Assembly (NCBI RefSeq): GCF_032191835.1 | Contig: NC_083227.1 | Location: 33,108,001 to 33,172,000 of the forward strand | DNA length: 64,000 nt | Direction of reading: 5' to 3' | DNA from: Heteronotia binoei | Taxonomy: Eukaryota | Shown here: positions 49,201-60,630 of the stretch, one piece after another | How the letters are laid out: each line of letters starts with the position of its first letter | Numbering within the stretch: position 1 is the stretch's first letter | Notes under the pieces: generated by a model | Seen by the model: only the letters and a program-made list of their open reading frames with translations | Database searches by the model: none | What the model was told of the DNA's origin: nothing | Translations under genes and position numbers: made by a program

Positions 49201-52200
49201 TTAAGACTCTGGTACAAGAGATCAGTAAACAATGCCCCTGGTATCCGAAGGGAGGTTCTTTTAAACTAAACTTCGGGACTGGGAGAAAATAGGGAAGACC
49301 TTTCACACAGAGCCCCGAGCTTCTATTGAAATGCAGGTATGCAGTAGAGAAATTTATGACTGTTTCTAACCCAAGCCAGCTCTACAAAGATTGTTCCCTA
49401 AAAAGCACTGGTGTTCAACTAGTGCCCCCTGCCCCCCCTCTTCTTCCTCCTCCTTTTCTCCCTCCTCCACCAACAGATCCACCCGTGGGCCTACCATTTA
49501 ACGCCCCGGGATGCATGGTCTGTGAAGTTTTGGAGAAGGAACTTGATCAGGCTAAATTGGAAGATGTCCCTGAATTGGCAGAAATGTTGTCTATTTGCCC
49601 TGTACATTTGACAGGAAAAAATTTGGCTGATATTCAAGGGCATGACTCTAATAGGGCTTATACTGCTGAACAGCTATATGAATCTGGACAATTCAATACT
49701 GTTAAAACACAAACTGGGCTCCCTGTTACAAACCTTGCTTTTGTACCTCAATGTGCTTTACAGAACTTTGTCAAGGTACCTACAGAAGGGAAACAAGCCC
49801 ATAGTGAGTGAAACTGAGGCTCCATGCCTGTCTTCGGGTTTAGTGCTGGACCACTTCGACCCACTCAGCCTGGAGGAAGTCGACAGAATCCTCTCTGCTG
49901 CTCGCCCGACAACATGTGATCTGGACCCTTGCCCCTCTTGGCTGATTAAATCTTGCCAGAGGGAGCTTAGATGTCCTCTACGGGACATCATAAATAGATC
50001 CCTCTTAGAGGGGCATTTTCCAATACCTCTGAAAGAGGCTTTGGTCCGCCCTCTCTTGAAAAAAGTTACAGCAGACCCGGCTGAATTGGCGAACTACCGA
50101 CCGGTGTCCAATTTACCGTTTCTAGGTAAAATTATTGAGAGGGCTGTGGCGTTGCAGCTACAGAGGTTTCTGGATGACGCTTCCGTCCTAGACCCATGCC
50201 AGTCTGGTTTCCGGCCGGACCATGGGGCGGAGACGGTGCTGGTCGCCTTAGTGGATGACCTCCAGCGGCAACTGGATCGAGGCGGCGTTGCGGTGCTGAT
50301 GCTGTTAGATCTGTCGGCTGCATTTGACACAGTCGACCATCGGCTACTAACGCGCCGCCTCGCCGACATTGGGGTTGAGGGGTTGGCCCTGCAATGGCTT
50401 TCCTCCTTTCTCCTGGGTCGGGGACAGAGGGTGGCTATTGGGGGTGAACGGTCCCGGAGGCGCACGCTGGATTGCGGGGTGCCTCAGGGAGCAGTTCTCT
50501 CCCCGATGTTGTTTAACATCTATATGCGCCCCCTTGCCCAAATTGCCCGGCGGTTTGGGCTGGGTTGCCATCAATATGCAGATGACACCCAGCTCTATCT
50601 ACTAATGGACGGCTGGCCCAACTCCGCCCCAGGGAATCTCGACCGGGCTCTACAGGCTGTTGCGACATGGCTTAGGCTGAGTGGGCTGAAGTTGAATCCA
50701 GCGAAGACAGAGGTCCTTTGTGTGGGTCGCGGCGCCCTGGGAAGGGAAATAGCTCTCCCGACCTTCGATGGCGCGCCATTGAAAGCAGCGCGCCAGGTAA
50801 AGAGCCTGGGTGTTTTACTGGAGCCTTCACTATCGATGGAGGCCCAGATAGCAGCCACTGCCAAGTCAGCATTCTTCCATCTGAAGCGGGCGAGGCAGCT
50901 GGCCCCTTTCCTTGAGCGCCGGGACCTCGCAACAGTGATCCATGCAACGGTCACCTCAAGATTGGACTACTGTAACGCCCTCTACTTGGGGCTACCTCTG
51001 TGCCGGACCCAGAAACTGCAGCTAGTGCAGAACGCGGCGGCCAGGCTGTTGTTGGGACTCCCGAAATGGGAACACATACAGCCGGGGCTGCGTGAACTGC
51101 ACTGGCTGCCGATCATATACCGGGTCCAGTACAAAGTGTTGGTTATCACCTTTAAAGCCTTATATGGCCAAGGACCCGCCTACCTGAGGGACCGTCTTTC
51201 CCCATATGAGCCCCAGAGAGCACTGAGGTCAACCGGGAAAAATCTAATGACGATCCCTGGGCCAAGAGAGATTAGATATCAAAAGACCAGAGCACGGGCC
51301 TTCTCAATAGCGGCCGCCGCCCTTTGGAACCAACTCCCTGAGGAGGTGCGGGCCCTGCGGAACCTTGACCAGTTCCGCAGGGCCTGCAAGACCTCTCTTT
51401 TCAGACTTGCACACTCGGACTGCTAGAGAGGATCGTAAATCAAGGATCCGCCAAAAGCGGTTCAAAGATCTATACCGCACTGCTGGTACTAGTAGAACTA
51501 GCGTCAATTTCCACCAGTACTGGCAGATGAAGTTATTAACTGTATTAATTGTAGCGACTGGTTTTTAAAATTGTTAAGTTCAATGTTTTATATTGTCTTA
51601 TATTGTTAAATTTAACTGTTTTGATTATTATTGTATGTTTTATGAAACGTTGTTAGCCGCCCTGAGCCTGCCGAGGCGGGGANNNNNNNNNNNNNNNNNN
51701 NNNNNNNNNNNNNNNNNNNNNNNNNNNNNNNNNNNNNNNNNNNNNNNNNNNNNNNNNNNNNNNNNNNNNNNNNNNNNNNNNNNNNNNNNNNNNNNNNNNN
51801 NNNNNNNNNNNNNNNNNNNNNNNNNNNNNNNNNNNNNNNNNNNNNNCTGTCAAAAGCCACTAGAGCTTTGTTTAGTCTTTATCAATTGTTTTCAGGCAGC
51901 AATCAGAAGACAGGTTGATAATCCTGATGCAGCAGGAAAATTGCTGATAAAATTGGCCAACGAAAATGCTAATTTGGATACAAAAAGAGCCCCATGGCAC
52001 AGAGTGTTAAAGCTGCAGTACTGCAGTCTTGAGCTCTGCTTATGGCCTGAGTTTGATCCTGGTGGAAGCTGGTTTCAGGTAGCTGCCTCAAGGTTATTCC
52101 GCCTTCCATTTTTCTGAGGTTGGTCAAATGAGTACCCAATTTGCTGGGGGGGAAGTGTAAAGGACGCACTTTGCTTTGTGGCAATGCTCAGTGCAGCAGG

Positions 52201-55200
52201 CTGAAATTGTTATATGCACTTAATTTGATTCATCAATTTCGTGTTTTATACATGTATCTCTCCAAATTGACCTTGTTTTGATTGGCTATATTTTTAATCT
52301 TGCAGGTTTTAATTTCTTGTTGTTACTTTTCTCATTGCTCACTATTTAAAGTCATTTTAATCTTCCTGGTGTGATTGCTCAGGGCAATATACATGCTGAT
52401 GAGATTTTAAAAAGTGTTACTTCTGCTATTTATTTATTTTTCTTTCCCAATCATGGCTATTTTAACTAAAATGCCAAAACACTAGACAAACTGTTCTTGT
52501 TGCTTTTGACTAGACTTAGCAAAATTGTATTCTTGTGTTCACATTGGGCTAACAATCCCAGGTTTGATTCCCCACTCCTCCATTTGCAATTGCTGGAACA
52601 GCCTTGGGTCAGCCATAGCTCTTGCAGAGGTTGTCCTTGAAAGTGCGACTTCTCTGAGAGTTCTCTCAGCCCCACCCACGTCTGTTGTGGGAGAGGGAGA
52701 TAGAGGAAATTGTGAGCTGCTCTGAGACTCTTGAGTGGAGGACGGAATATGAATCCAATGGGTTTTTTTTATGCATACACACATGCACATATATATGCAT
52801 ATCTATATTGTGGCTAATAGCAACTGATGGACCTCTGCTCTATATTTTTATTTGCACTCTTGGGACTGGCTATGCTTGTAGCTGCCACCACCTCTTGTAG
52901 CAGTGAATTCCACATGTTAATCACCCTTCAGGTGAAGTACTTCCTTTTATCTATTTTAACCTGACTACATAACAATTTCATTGAATGCTTAGTAGGAACC
53001 AAAAGCAAATGGCACACTTACCCATTTTTTTCCTCATTGCTAACAACTCTGCAATGAACTTGCACACCAGCCCTGCAAGGCAGGCCAAGTACAAATAACA
53101 GGCTTGTGCAATGAAGACATAAAAACAGCCCACAAAGTCTTACTGCCAATAGACGAGCGGCGGACGGTCAGATAGCATTACTTTAAAAGCCCCAGACAGA
53201 TTTTTTTTTTTTTTTTACAAAAGTTGCTCATTCCCTCATAGAAGCTAATATTTTTTAGAATTAAGATATGGTCTCACATGCACACACACCAGCAGTAAAA
53301 ATGGCCCTGGTAACTTCACATTGCCCACAAAAGCGTGCATGTGAAAACCTGCTCCCTCTGGAAACAGCAGTAACAAACGATGGTTCCAGACATACATCCT
53401 CCCTGCTGCAAGAACACAAGGGTGGTAATAACAGATTTTACTATGTTCCTGTTAGTTTTGTACATGCTAGACAAAGCCTCTGTCTATATTTTTATATTTC
53501 TTTTGCTGAATCCCATTTTATTTTACCTGTTTTTCTGAATTTGTTGATTTTTGTACACAATGGAACATTTAATTCCAGCATGGCATTTCATGTAATTCCA
53601 CAGGTCAAGCTATTGTGGAAAATGCTAATCAGACATTAAAAACCACTCTTTAAAAACAATTAAAAGGAGTGAAAATGAGGGTTCAAATTGAATTTTGTCT
53701 TATTAACTTGGCATGATCCAGTTCCCCCCTTACCTGGGAGTGCAGGCATGCTGCTGTGTTTTCTCTTGCAGGTCTTTTGTGGGTTCTGGCATGTTGAGTT
53801 TGCCCGGCTAAAGATGGCATGGCATCAGGGTCTCCCAAATCTGATTCTCAATTTCAATCTCAGCCTCAAATGCTGGAAGAGGCTGGGCAAGAGCCTTCTC
53901 CAGAGAATTTGGTGGCTGCTATTTTTGCAACTCACAATGAAATCCATGACTAATCTCTATTGTTTGTATTTATATATTTTGTCTCCTGTTAAGGCTATTA
54001 GTTTTACATTTATCACAATTTTTCATCTTCACAATTTTTATTCATTTAAATTTGAAAATTCTTTTTGTTGTTGGTACTAAATCTTTATTTTCTGCAAAGA
54101 TCAGTGCTTTAAAATTCTACCTCACAAATTTTGGTTCCTACATGACCTCTTTTCATTTGAAGTTATAGCATGTGTTATAGAAGAACATCTGTACCCTTCC
54201 TTGGATAAAACTACCCCCTCACTGTGCATTTTCCCTTTAAAGTCTTGAAAAACTAATGCCTTGTCTTATCAGTGACCCAATTACTCTCAGTGTCATGTTT
54301 CTCCTAGAAATACCTTTTCTAGATCTGTTGGTGATTCACTAGGCAGAATTCCTGAAAACTCTTGGTCTTCATTAGAAATCTAGACTTTAATAGTGTTCTG
54401 CATTCCTCCAATGTATATCTTCATTTGCTCTCTTAATGTCATTTATCGTTATTTCCATCTATGAACTGTACATATCAACCTTCCTTTTTATTTATTTATT
54501 TTTATTTATTTATTTATTTATTTATTTATTTGAGATTTATATCCCGCCCTTCCCACGAATGGCTCAGGGCGGCTATTTTAGCTATTTGGTGAACCTCTTA
54601 CCTGTGGAAAGAGGCATCTACATGCTTATCTATTTTATTTTATGCCTCTATAGTATCTTGTTCGAGTTTGACCTTTTCTGAGTGTTTTGCTTAGAAAATC
54701 TTTTCTATATTTCATGTTCTTATCATGGTAAGACTCCAGTTCTGCTTGATTTTGTGTTTCAACCCAGTCTACAGTCCTGGCCAGGCTTGCTACTGGGTAA
54801 AACATTTCCATTTGCTTGTTTTAAGTTTCAGCCTTTCCATTATTTCAACCATTCTTCATCAAGGTGCATGTTTTAGCACCCTGCTTTATGCATCAGTTCT
54901 AAATTCTATCTTTGCAGTGCCCCACACATCTTCTTGGCTGTGCAAGCTCCTTATTAGGTTTTTTCCTAAGTTTATATATATATATTGCATGCTTATTATA
55001 AATAGATTTAAGAATTGTTTTGTGTTTTTGACCAGGTATTAACCATAATTTGATTTCTAGGATTTTTTCATTGTGTTATTGTTTGCTCATCTTTTCTTTC
55101 AATATCTGGACCTGTAAGTCAAGTTTCAATACATGTTCATTAGGATGGTTTTAAGAATTGCTGGTATGTCTGTTAAGAATTGTTTGTTTAAGGATTAATT

Positions 55201-58200
55201 ATTATTTGTTTTTAGGATTTTGTTGTTAAAGTTTGTTGAAACCCACTCTCACACCTATGTGAGACCCACAGAACAAATTTTAGATGAGCTGGCACAGAGA
55301 AAAAAGGGGTTCAGTTGGACTTGATCAACCCACTGATTTCCAATGGTTTAAATTCTCTGATCCAGTTCTCTAATCATTTTAAATTTGATCCCTCATATAC
55401 ATGCATGTTAAAAGCTGACATTGTTCTATTGAGGCCTCAGTTTTATTTTGTTTGTTTTTAAAGTTTTTTTCTTATTTTTGACAATTTCATATGTTCCATA
55501 GCAAAAGTTTTTCTTTCCTTTTTGTGACCATTTTTAAAATCCAGGGGTAATTTCAACTCTGGTAATCTCTTTTTGGCTGCAATAGAAACACATTTCCCCG
55601 TGAAAAGATTGTCTTGCATAAAGCATGCAAACTCTCCATGAACTCAAGAAAGAAGACCTTTTGTTAAACTAAGGGGGAAGGGGAACAAAAAATGAACAGT
55701 GACATGGTTTTTATATTGTAATAAGAAGCCAGTATGGACTGCCCATTTCTGGCACTGCTTTCACCTATGTTAATATGGCCAGTATGGGTTTCCCATTTCT
55801 GGCCATGCTCTCACCTAGTGTATCTTGATCACCTAGGCTACAATATGTTGCTTGCCATAAAGGCACATGAATTGATTCAGTTTATAGCATGTCACTTGCA
55901 TATGTCCCTCAGTATTGCTTATGTGCCTAGAAGTTAATATATTCATCTTATATTTTTGCAACATAGCTAGTAATGTTTATTGATAAAAAATTTTCAATAC
56001 CAAGACACATAGCTTTCCCTCATGCATGAAGAGCTTACTTTTTGGTAATTGACATTACCATCCCCCTCTGGTCTCAACTGTGTTTTAACCCTGGTTGTTT
56101 GAAACCTAAATGAGAGCACATCATGCAATTTGGCCTACACTCTCCAGGAATGGAACAGTGCAGGAAGGGGGAGAACTGATACCAGGGTGCTATTGTATAA
56201 AGAGGGTAGCCTAGTTTCAAAAGAGACCTGGTGGGCCCTCTCATGCGAGAGGGGGTAGCCTAGCCTCAAAAGACATGGTGGGCCCTCTCACGCTAGCCTG
56301 CATACCCAGCCCCATGATGGAGACTTAAACAGCTCTATAGTGGAAGGCTGGCCTGCCTAGCCAAAAGTATGCCTCTGAATAACACTTCTCCCCCTATATA
56401 TATGCATCTTTTCTGGACGGACAAAAATTAAATATTAAGATGTGCCAGTGTGAATGCATAAGTCTGTCATTGTTTGTTTCCCACCTGTGGCTTATCTTTA
56501 CCCCATCTTTATAAGTACACCTTTTTTGTTACCACTTTTGTAATGTCAATTCCTTCCTTCCTGGGAATGTCAAAATCAAATTGTTATTTTGCTGCCCTTT
56601 GCAAGCAGCCATATAATAAAAAAAAGAGAGTGGGATGTAGAACCATATAGCTGAAATGGTATCTTGATACTGTGACTCCTAAAAGCGCAGGAGTGTCATG
56701 AGATCAGTTACTCAGACCCTGTAATGTCTGGAAAACGTAGACGCTCTCACATCAGTCACATTGAGACAAGATATTATGGGAACTTGCTAAGTACCGTGGA
56801 TTTGTTGCATTCTAAGCAGAATATTTTACATGTTTCCTATGAGCATCCTTGTGTTGCTATGACTTAAGCTGAGATCTGAACCCTATAAATTAAAGGCCGC
56901 CTGCTTTGCAAGCTAAGCATTTTTCCCTCAACACATGTGTTGTGTGGTTCATTCCAACCGTCTTGCACTTGCTATATTTAAACTGTGTCGTGGGGTGGGA
57001 CATATGTCTCGTATCTAAGTAAAATAATTTTTAAAACCTTTTAAAAGGGTTGCCATTTATGAGGCTTTCAGTGAAGAGACTGGCCCTTCACGACATTCAC
57101 TGAGTAAACTAGGGTGAGCTTTAGTCAGAGCACAGCCAGAGGATGTACAGCCTTGGCTGATCCTTTCCAGAAAGCCTCTGCCCAACGGAAGCTAAAATCA
57201 AGAGCGGTTTCCAGTCTGAGTAGACAATACTAACTTTGATGGACCAAGGGTCTGATTCATATAACGCATCTTCATATGTTCATCAAACACCCTCCAACAG
57301 ACTACAGCTGACCATCTTTGGAACATCTTGATTCACGTCAGCAATTACTACTGCAGCAGGCTGCAGGCTTTTCTGTGCCTACTCTAAACTGGATCTATTT
57401 TTGTTGTGGCCTCGCCTATACTGGCTTCTGTCCATCTGTTTGCTTGAGTCTGCCTCCAAATGCCTCAGGGATCACAATAGGGAAAGGCTTTGGTCTCAGT
57501 ACCCTGTCTGCATGTCTTCCAGAGCACCGGATTGGTCAGATCCATCACAGTTCTTATTTCTCCATTTTGTCTTCACAAGAGTGAAGGCTGAAAGCCAAGC
57601 TCAGCCTTTCTGGCAGATTGGGGACTGTAGCCTGGGTCTCAGAAGAAGCAAACGTGTTAATGAACTGGGCAGAAGAATCACCTTCCTTTAAAAATAAACA
57701 ATCATTAAATGAATGATTAATGTTACAATACAGTTTGCTCACACTTATGAATGACTAGGCAGTTGTTTGGAGAGAAAGCGGGAAAGCTGCACTGGTACAT
57801 CCTATAGAGATGGCTTGAAAATAATGAGTTTAGCCTCAGGCAAAAGCTTCTTACAATATTATACATTATCCTACTTAATAGTTGAGAATGAGCTCTCCTG
57901 ATGCAGCATTTGAAATCACAGGCTGAGCAGATAGGTTGCCTTACTGTTAGTACAGTCTCAGATCTCCCCAAAGGACAAAGCAGAAACATAAAGACATAGG
58001 AGTTATTCTAGATCAGAACAAGCATTCATCAGTTCTAGTACTGTGTTTCTCACACTGGCCAATCAGGCAAATGAGGGATATAACCCCCCCAAGATAGACC
58101 CCGAAAACAGGGACCATCCATGGTAAAAAGTACAAATGCAGAACTGGGTTGAGTAGTATTAAATAAATCAACACATCATTACGTACGGCTCAAATTCTAT

Positions 58201-58425
58201 ATAGGGAGGCTTGGAGAAAACATGTGGCTCAAAGAGAGCATTTGTTGTAGAAGTGATTCCACTGATGGCAAAGTCCCCCGGTCTGTAATAAATCAGTGGG
58301 CTTCTTCGGTACGTTGCTGTATTGAGTGGGCACTTTGCCCTCAGAACCCTGCAGGAGAGATAGGGCACCAGCTGAAGGAGCAGCAACAGCAGCAGTTTCA
58401 GGCTGAGTATGCCTGTTAAAGACAT
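36389..58425 (-). CDS. Vmn2r: V2R gene copy 2; 6 coding exons, 866 aa, apparently intact
   Basis: Exons 58425-58187 (239), 48225-47934 (292), 45220-44417 (804), 41186-40959 (228), 37922-37796 (127), 37299-36389 (911) sum to 2601 nt. Same splice sites as copy 1, with an in-frame 9-bp deletion in exon 3. Confidence 0.92.
37796..37922 (-). CDS. Vmn2r: V2R copy 2 exon 5
   Basis: [42 protein letters not shown]; 127 bp; AG/GT flanks. Confidence 0.93.
38945..40120 (-). mobile_element. CR1 LINE paralog with its 3' part deleted
   Basis: [21 protein letters not shown] motifs; colinear with 11316-12495. Confidence 0.93.
40959..41186 (-). CDS. Vmn2r: V2R copy 2 exon 4
   Basis: LHPFLRNIQ...WPKWFKE|GTGAGG; 228 bp. 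Confidence 0.93.
44417..45220 (-). CDS. Vmn2r: V2R copy 2 exon 3
   Basis: [22 protein letters not shown]...LQPWQ|GT; open 268 codons. Confidence 0.93.
47934..48225 (-). CDS. Vmn2r: V2R copy 2 exon 2
   Basis: TTGCAG|T acceptor; ...YKIPQ|GTACAT; 292 bp. Confidence 0.92.
48598..48921 (+). mobile_element. ERV 5' LTR
   Basis: TGTAGAACC...TTCGAACA (TG..CA ends); TATAAA/AATAAA at ~48846-48856; followed by the PBS. Confidence 0.92.
48924..48941 (+). promoter_or_regulatory. Primer-binding site, tRNA-Lys(UUU; Lys3 type)
   Basis: TGGCACCCGAACAGGGAC, 17/18 match to the Lys3 PBS TGGCGCCCGAACAGGGAC, 2 nt after the LTR. Confidence 0.9.
49107..49800 (+). pseudogene. gag: ERV gag remnant (MA, Pro-rich region, part of CA), disrupted
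   Basis: MGGQFS...LKFLIQKSG...[14 protein letters not shown] resembles betaretroviral matrix (MG start, CPW-P-G motif). Then a poly-Pro tract and [12 protein letters not shown]...ALQNFVKVP, similar to class II CA. GGTAAG donor just upstream. Confidence 0.82.
49801..51682 (+). mobile_element. L2 LINE, 5'-truncated, inserted into ERV gag; tail runs into the N gap
   Basis: L2 RT motifs in ORF 49642-51426 from ~VSETEAP onward; 3' end GCCGCCCTGAGCC. Confidence 0.95.
51683..51846. other. Assembly gap (164 N)
   Basis: Run of n at the L2 tail / gag junction. Confidence 1.
51848..51986 (+). pseudogene. gag: ERV gag capsid C-terminal domain remnant
   Basis: QKPLE...[32 protein letters not shown] matches the class II CA pattern QGPxEP..DFV.RL..AI.RQ....LAYENAN. 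Confidence 0.85.
51987..52166 (+). mobile_element. Sauria SINE, inserted right after the gag CA remnant
   Basis: GCTGCAGTACTGCAGTC..CTCAAGGTT..CCTTCCAT..TGAGGTTGGTCAAATGAGTACCCA..TTGCTGGGGGG. Confidence 0.78.
52540..52760 (+). mobile_element. Squam2-like SINE, degenerate, inside the ERV
   Basis: CCAGGTTTGATTCCCCACTCCTCC...CTCAGCCCCACCCAC, same family as 1412-1683. Confidence 0.72.
52805..52985 (-). mobile_element. CR1 3' fragment inside the ERV
   Basis: Similar to 6960-7150 (GCAGTGAATTCCACATGTTAATCACC). Confidence 0.75.
54480..54572 (-). mobile_element. L2 extreme 3' tail
   Basis: (TTTA)n-ATATCCCGCCCTTCCC...CAGGGCGGCT. Confidence 0.8.
56617..56635 (+). promoter_or_regulatory. Polypurine tract of the ERV
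   Basis: AAAAAAAAGAGAGTGGGA directly before the 3' LTR. Confidence 0.85.
56636..56959 (+). mobile_element. ERV 3' LTR
   Basis: Roughly 93% identical to the 5' LTR by eye; followed by TSD GTCTTG. Confidence 0.92.
58187..58425 (-). CDS. Vmn2r: V2R copy 2 exon 1
   Basis: [18 protein letters not shown]...[11 protein letters not shown]; donor CC|GTACGT. Confidence 0.88.
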
Positions 58426-58929
58426 GTCCCCCGTGATTGCCCTCAAGCACATATCGCACTAACTAGAAGAAGCCAAACCCTCTTCTTACTCCAAGGATGC
58501 AGGCACAGTTACCAGTCAGATGGACTGTGGATTCTGATCCAACAGGATGAGTCTGAATCTTACATCAGCCTCATCCCACACAAGCTTAGGTCTTCTGGAG
58601 TTATTTGTGCAGCTGCTTCTCAAGCTCAGCTCAAGAAGTCGCTGTATGTTTTTCTTCAGTCTAGTACTTCCATTGTTGTTCACAAAGGCAATGCTTGGAG
58701 AAATCCCTTGAGTATTGGTAAGAGGAAGAGGAAATTACCATGATTTTCTTCATTGCAAGTGCAAGTGCCATCCTCAACACACTGTGACTCCACGTGCAGG
58801 TGCACGGCAGGAAAGGAAAACATGTTTGCAAGTCTCATACTTTTGGCTCTCAGTGCTTTAAGGGGTCAGATCTGTGGGGTCAGATTGACCTTTATAGAAT
58901 ATAGATAAATGCTGATCTATTAAGATTTA

Positions 58930-59310
58930 CCTGCCTCTACCAGGGCCAGGCCCTTCTCGGTCCTGGCCCCAACCTGGTGGAATCAGCTCCCTATGGAGAT
59001 CTGGGTCCTACCTGTCTTGTTAGCCTTTCGTAGGGCCTGTAATATGGAGCTGTTCTGCCAGGTCTTCGGGTGAGGTAGCAGGCATCTATTCATTAGATCG
59101 ATTGGCCTCCCCTACTGTACTATTGTACTGTGCTAATTTGCTGTATTGTCCTGCTGCACCATCTTGTTATATTGCTCTGCTGGACCATTCTGTTGTATTG
59201 AATATTGTAATTGGTTTTATATTATCATGCTGTTGTGATTTTATTATTTATGTTGTACTTCGCTCTGAGCACCTATGGGGGAATGGGCGGAATATAAACA
59301 AATAAACAAT
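58930..59310 (+). mobile_element. L2 3' fragment (its end also appears at 1-55)
   Basis: [17 protein letters not shown]-type sequence; CGCTCTGAG...GGGCGGAATATAAA end; absent from spacer A'. Confidence 0.82.
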
Positions 59311-60325
59311 AATTATATTGTTTATACAACATGCAGCTAAGGCACCCAGGAAGAACCACAACTATGCCGTCTACCAAACATATCCCAGAGCCACACAACT
59401 TATGCTGTTGAGCCAGCAACAGTACAGAAAGCAAGGAGGATCTAGAACGTGGTATTCAGTCTCCACTCTGGCTTTATAATCTGCACTCTGCACTCTGGCT
59501 TTAGAAAACTCTGGGTTGTTGGTTCCATCTTCAGTGTGAACATTTTGCTAGCAGACCAAAAATACAACTGTGTGACAAATGAATAAAAACACTAATGAAA
59601 GTCTGTATTGTGTCAAAATTTATACTGTCTCTGAATCCTTTATCATGCGTACAATCTTTATCACTCTTATACAGTTGTCAGGTCTATGGCTGTCTTCAAT
59701 TATAACAACTCTCAATTTCCTCAGGATTAGTGTTTATTGTAAGACAAGACAGTACCACTCACAACGCCAGTGGTGGTATTAAGGCGGGATGCAAGTGAGT
59801 GAATATATAGAGAAGCAGTTAGCCGTTACATGTGCACCTAACTTTCTGGCGCGAGATAAGTTTAAAACACTAAATTGTTACAAGATAGACATTCTCATAG
59901 CACAGTATACATTAGCAAAACACTTTAATAGATAGGGCTGACCTTGAAGGACAGACAGTGTTAGAGGGTCAAAATATTTTCATTTTCCCAGCAGCATAGC
60001 AGGTGTTTCAATACACAGCAGGAAGATGGTAAAGCATTAAAAAATGGCAAGGGATTTTGACAAAAATTGCACAATCATACACTACAAAAACACCACAGAA
60101 TACATATGAGTCCTTTATAGGAGAGATTTAGTATAAAGTTCAGACAGGGAATATTCTAAGCTTCTTGAAATACGCATACACCAATCTCATCAATGCATAG
60201 AAAAATAAAAGTCCAGATTATGTTGAACAATAGTTCCTTCGTGTGTTGTATGACAAAATCCACATTCCATAGAAGTCAGCCTTAAAGGATGAAAAGTTTC
60301 CCAAGGGGCAGTTCCACTGTATTTC

Positions 60326-60630
60326 AGGGCCGGTGCGTGGGGTTCTGCTGCCTGAGGCAGAACCCTGACATATGCCTACCCCTCAGCTGCCGAGGAACAA
60401 TGTGCTGCGCTTTCAAGCCTCGGCGCTCTCCAAGTTTGGAGAGTGCTGATGCCTGAAAGCGCCGTTGTTTCTGGGAGCTGAGGGGGCAGGGGATTTCCTC
60501 TGACCCCTTACTTCCAATCGGAGGCTCGGGGATGGCACAAGCGGGGAGGGGGCGCCCGCCCTCCATCCCTGTTGGGAGCTGGCACCCTAGGCAATTGCCT
60601 AGGTTGCCTACTCCCATGTGCTAGCTCTGG
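60326..60630. mobile_element. PIF/Harbinger-like MITE (remnant at 843-957; absent from spacer A')
   Basis: CAGGGCCGG start, CCCTAGGCAATTGCCTAGG motif, flanked by TATT; empty site at ~25452-25456. Confidence 0.6.

Larger units (their letters stand above)
48598..56959 (+). mobile_element. Endogenous retrovirus, class II/betaretrovirus-like, defective provirus antisense to V2R copy 2 (intron 1)
   Basis: Two ~324-bp LTRs (48598-48921, 56636-56959), 6-bp TSD GTCTTG (48592-97, 56960-65), PBS, gag remnant and PPT. Confidence 0.92.

Noticed and set aside
49642-51426. 594-aa ORF inside the provirus, a possible gag-pol or novel RT fusion
   Set aside because: The RT motifs are L2 LINE type and the element ends in an L2 3' terminus. 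The first ~53 aa are an off-frame read of gag.
10461-51426. Multiple reverse transcriptases as a retron, DGR or group II intron system
   Set aside because: All are vertebrate non-LTR (L2, CR1, RTE) fragments in spliced eukaryotic gene context.
55296-55307. REKR furin-like site suggesting env
   Set aside because: Short stop-bounded frame with no fusion peptide, CX6/7C motif or TM segment nearby.
3340-58920. Gene duplication as a haplotype assembly artefact
   Set aside because: The copies differ by many TE insertions, a provirus versus solo LTR, and biased amino-acid divergence. That is more consistent with paralogs, although the A versus A'' identity still needs a depth check.
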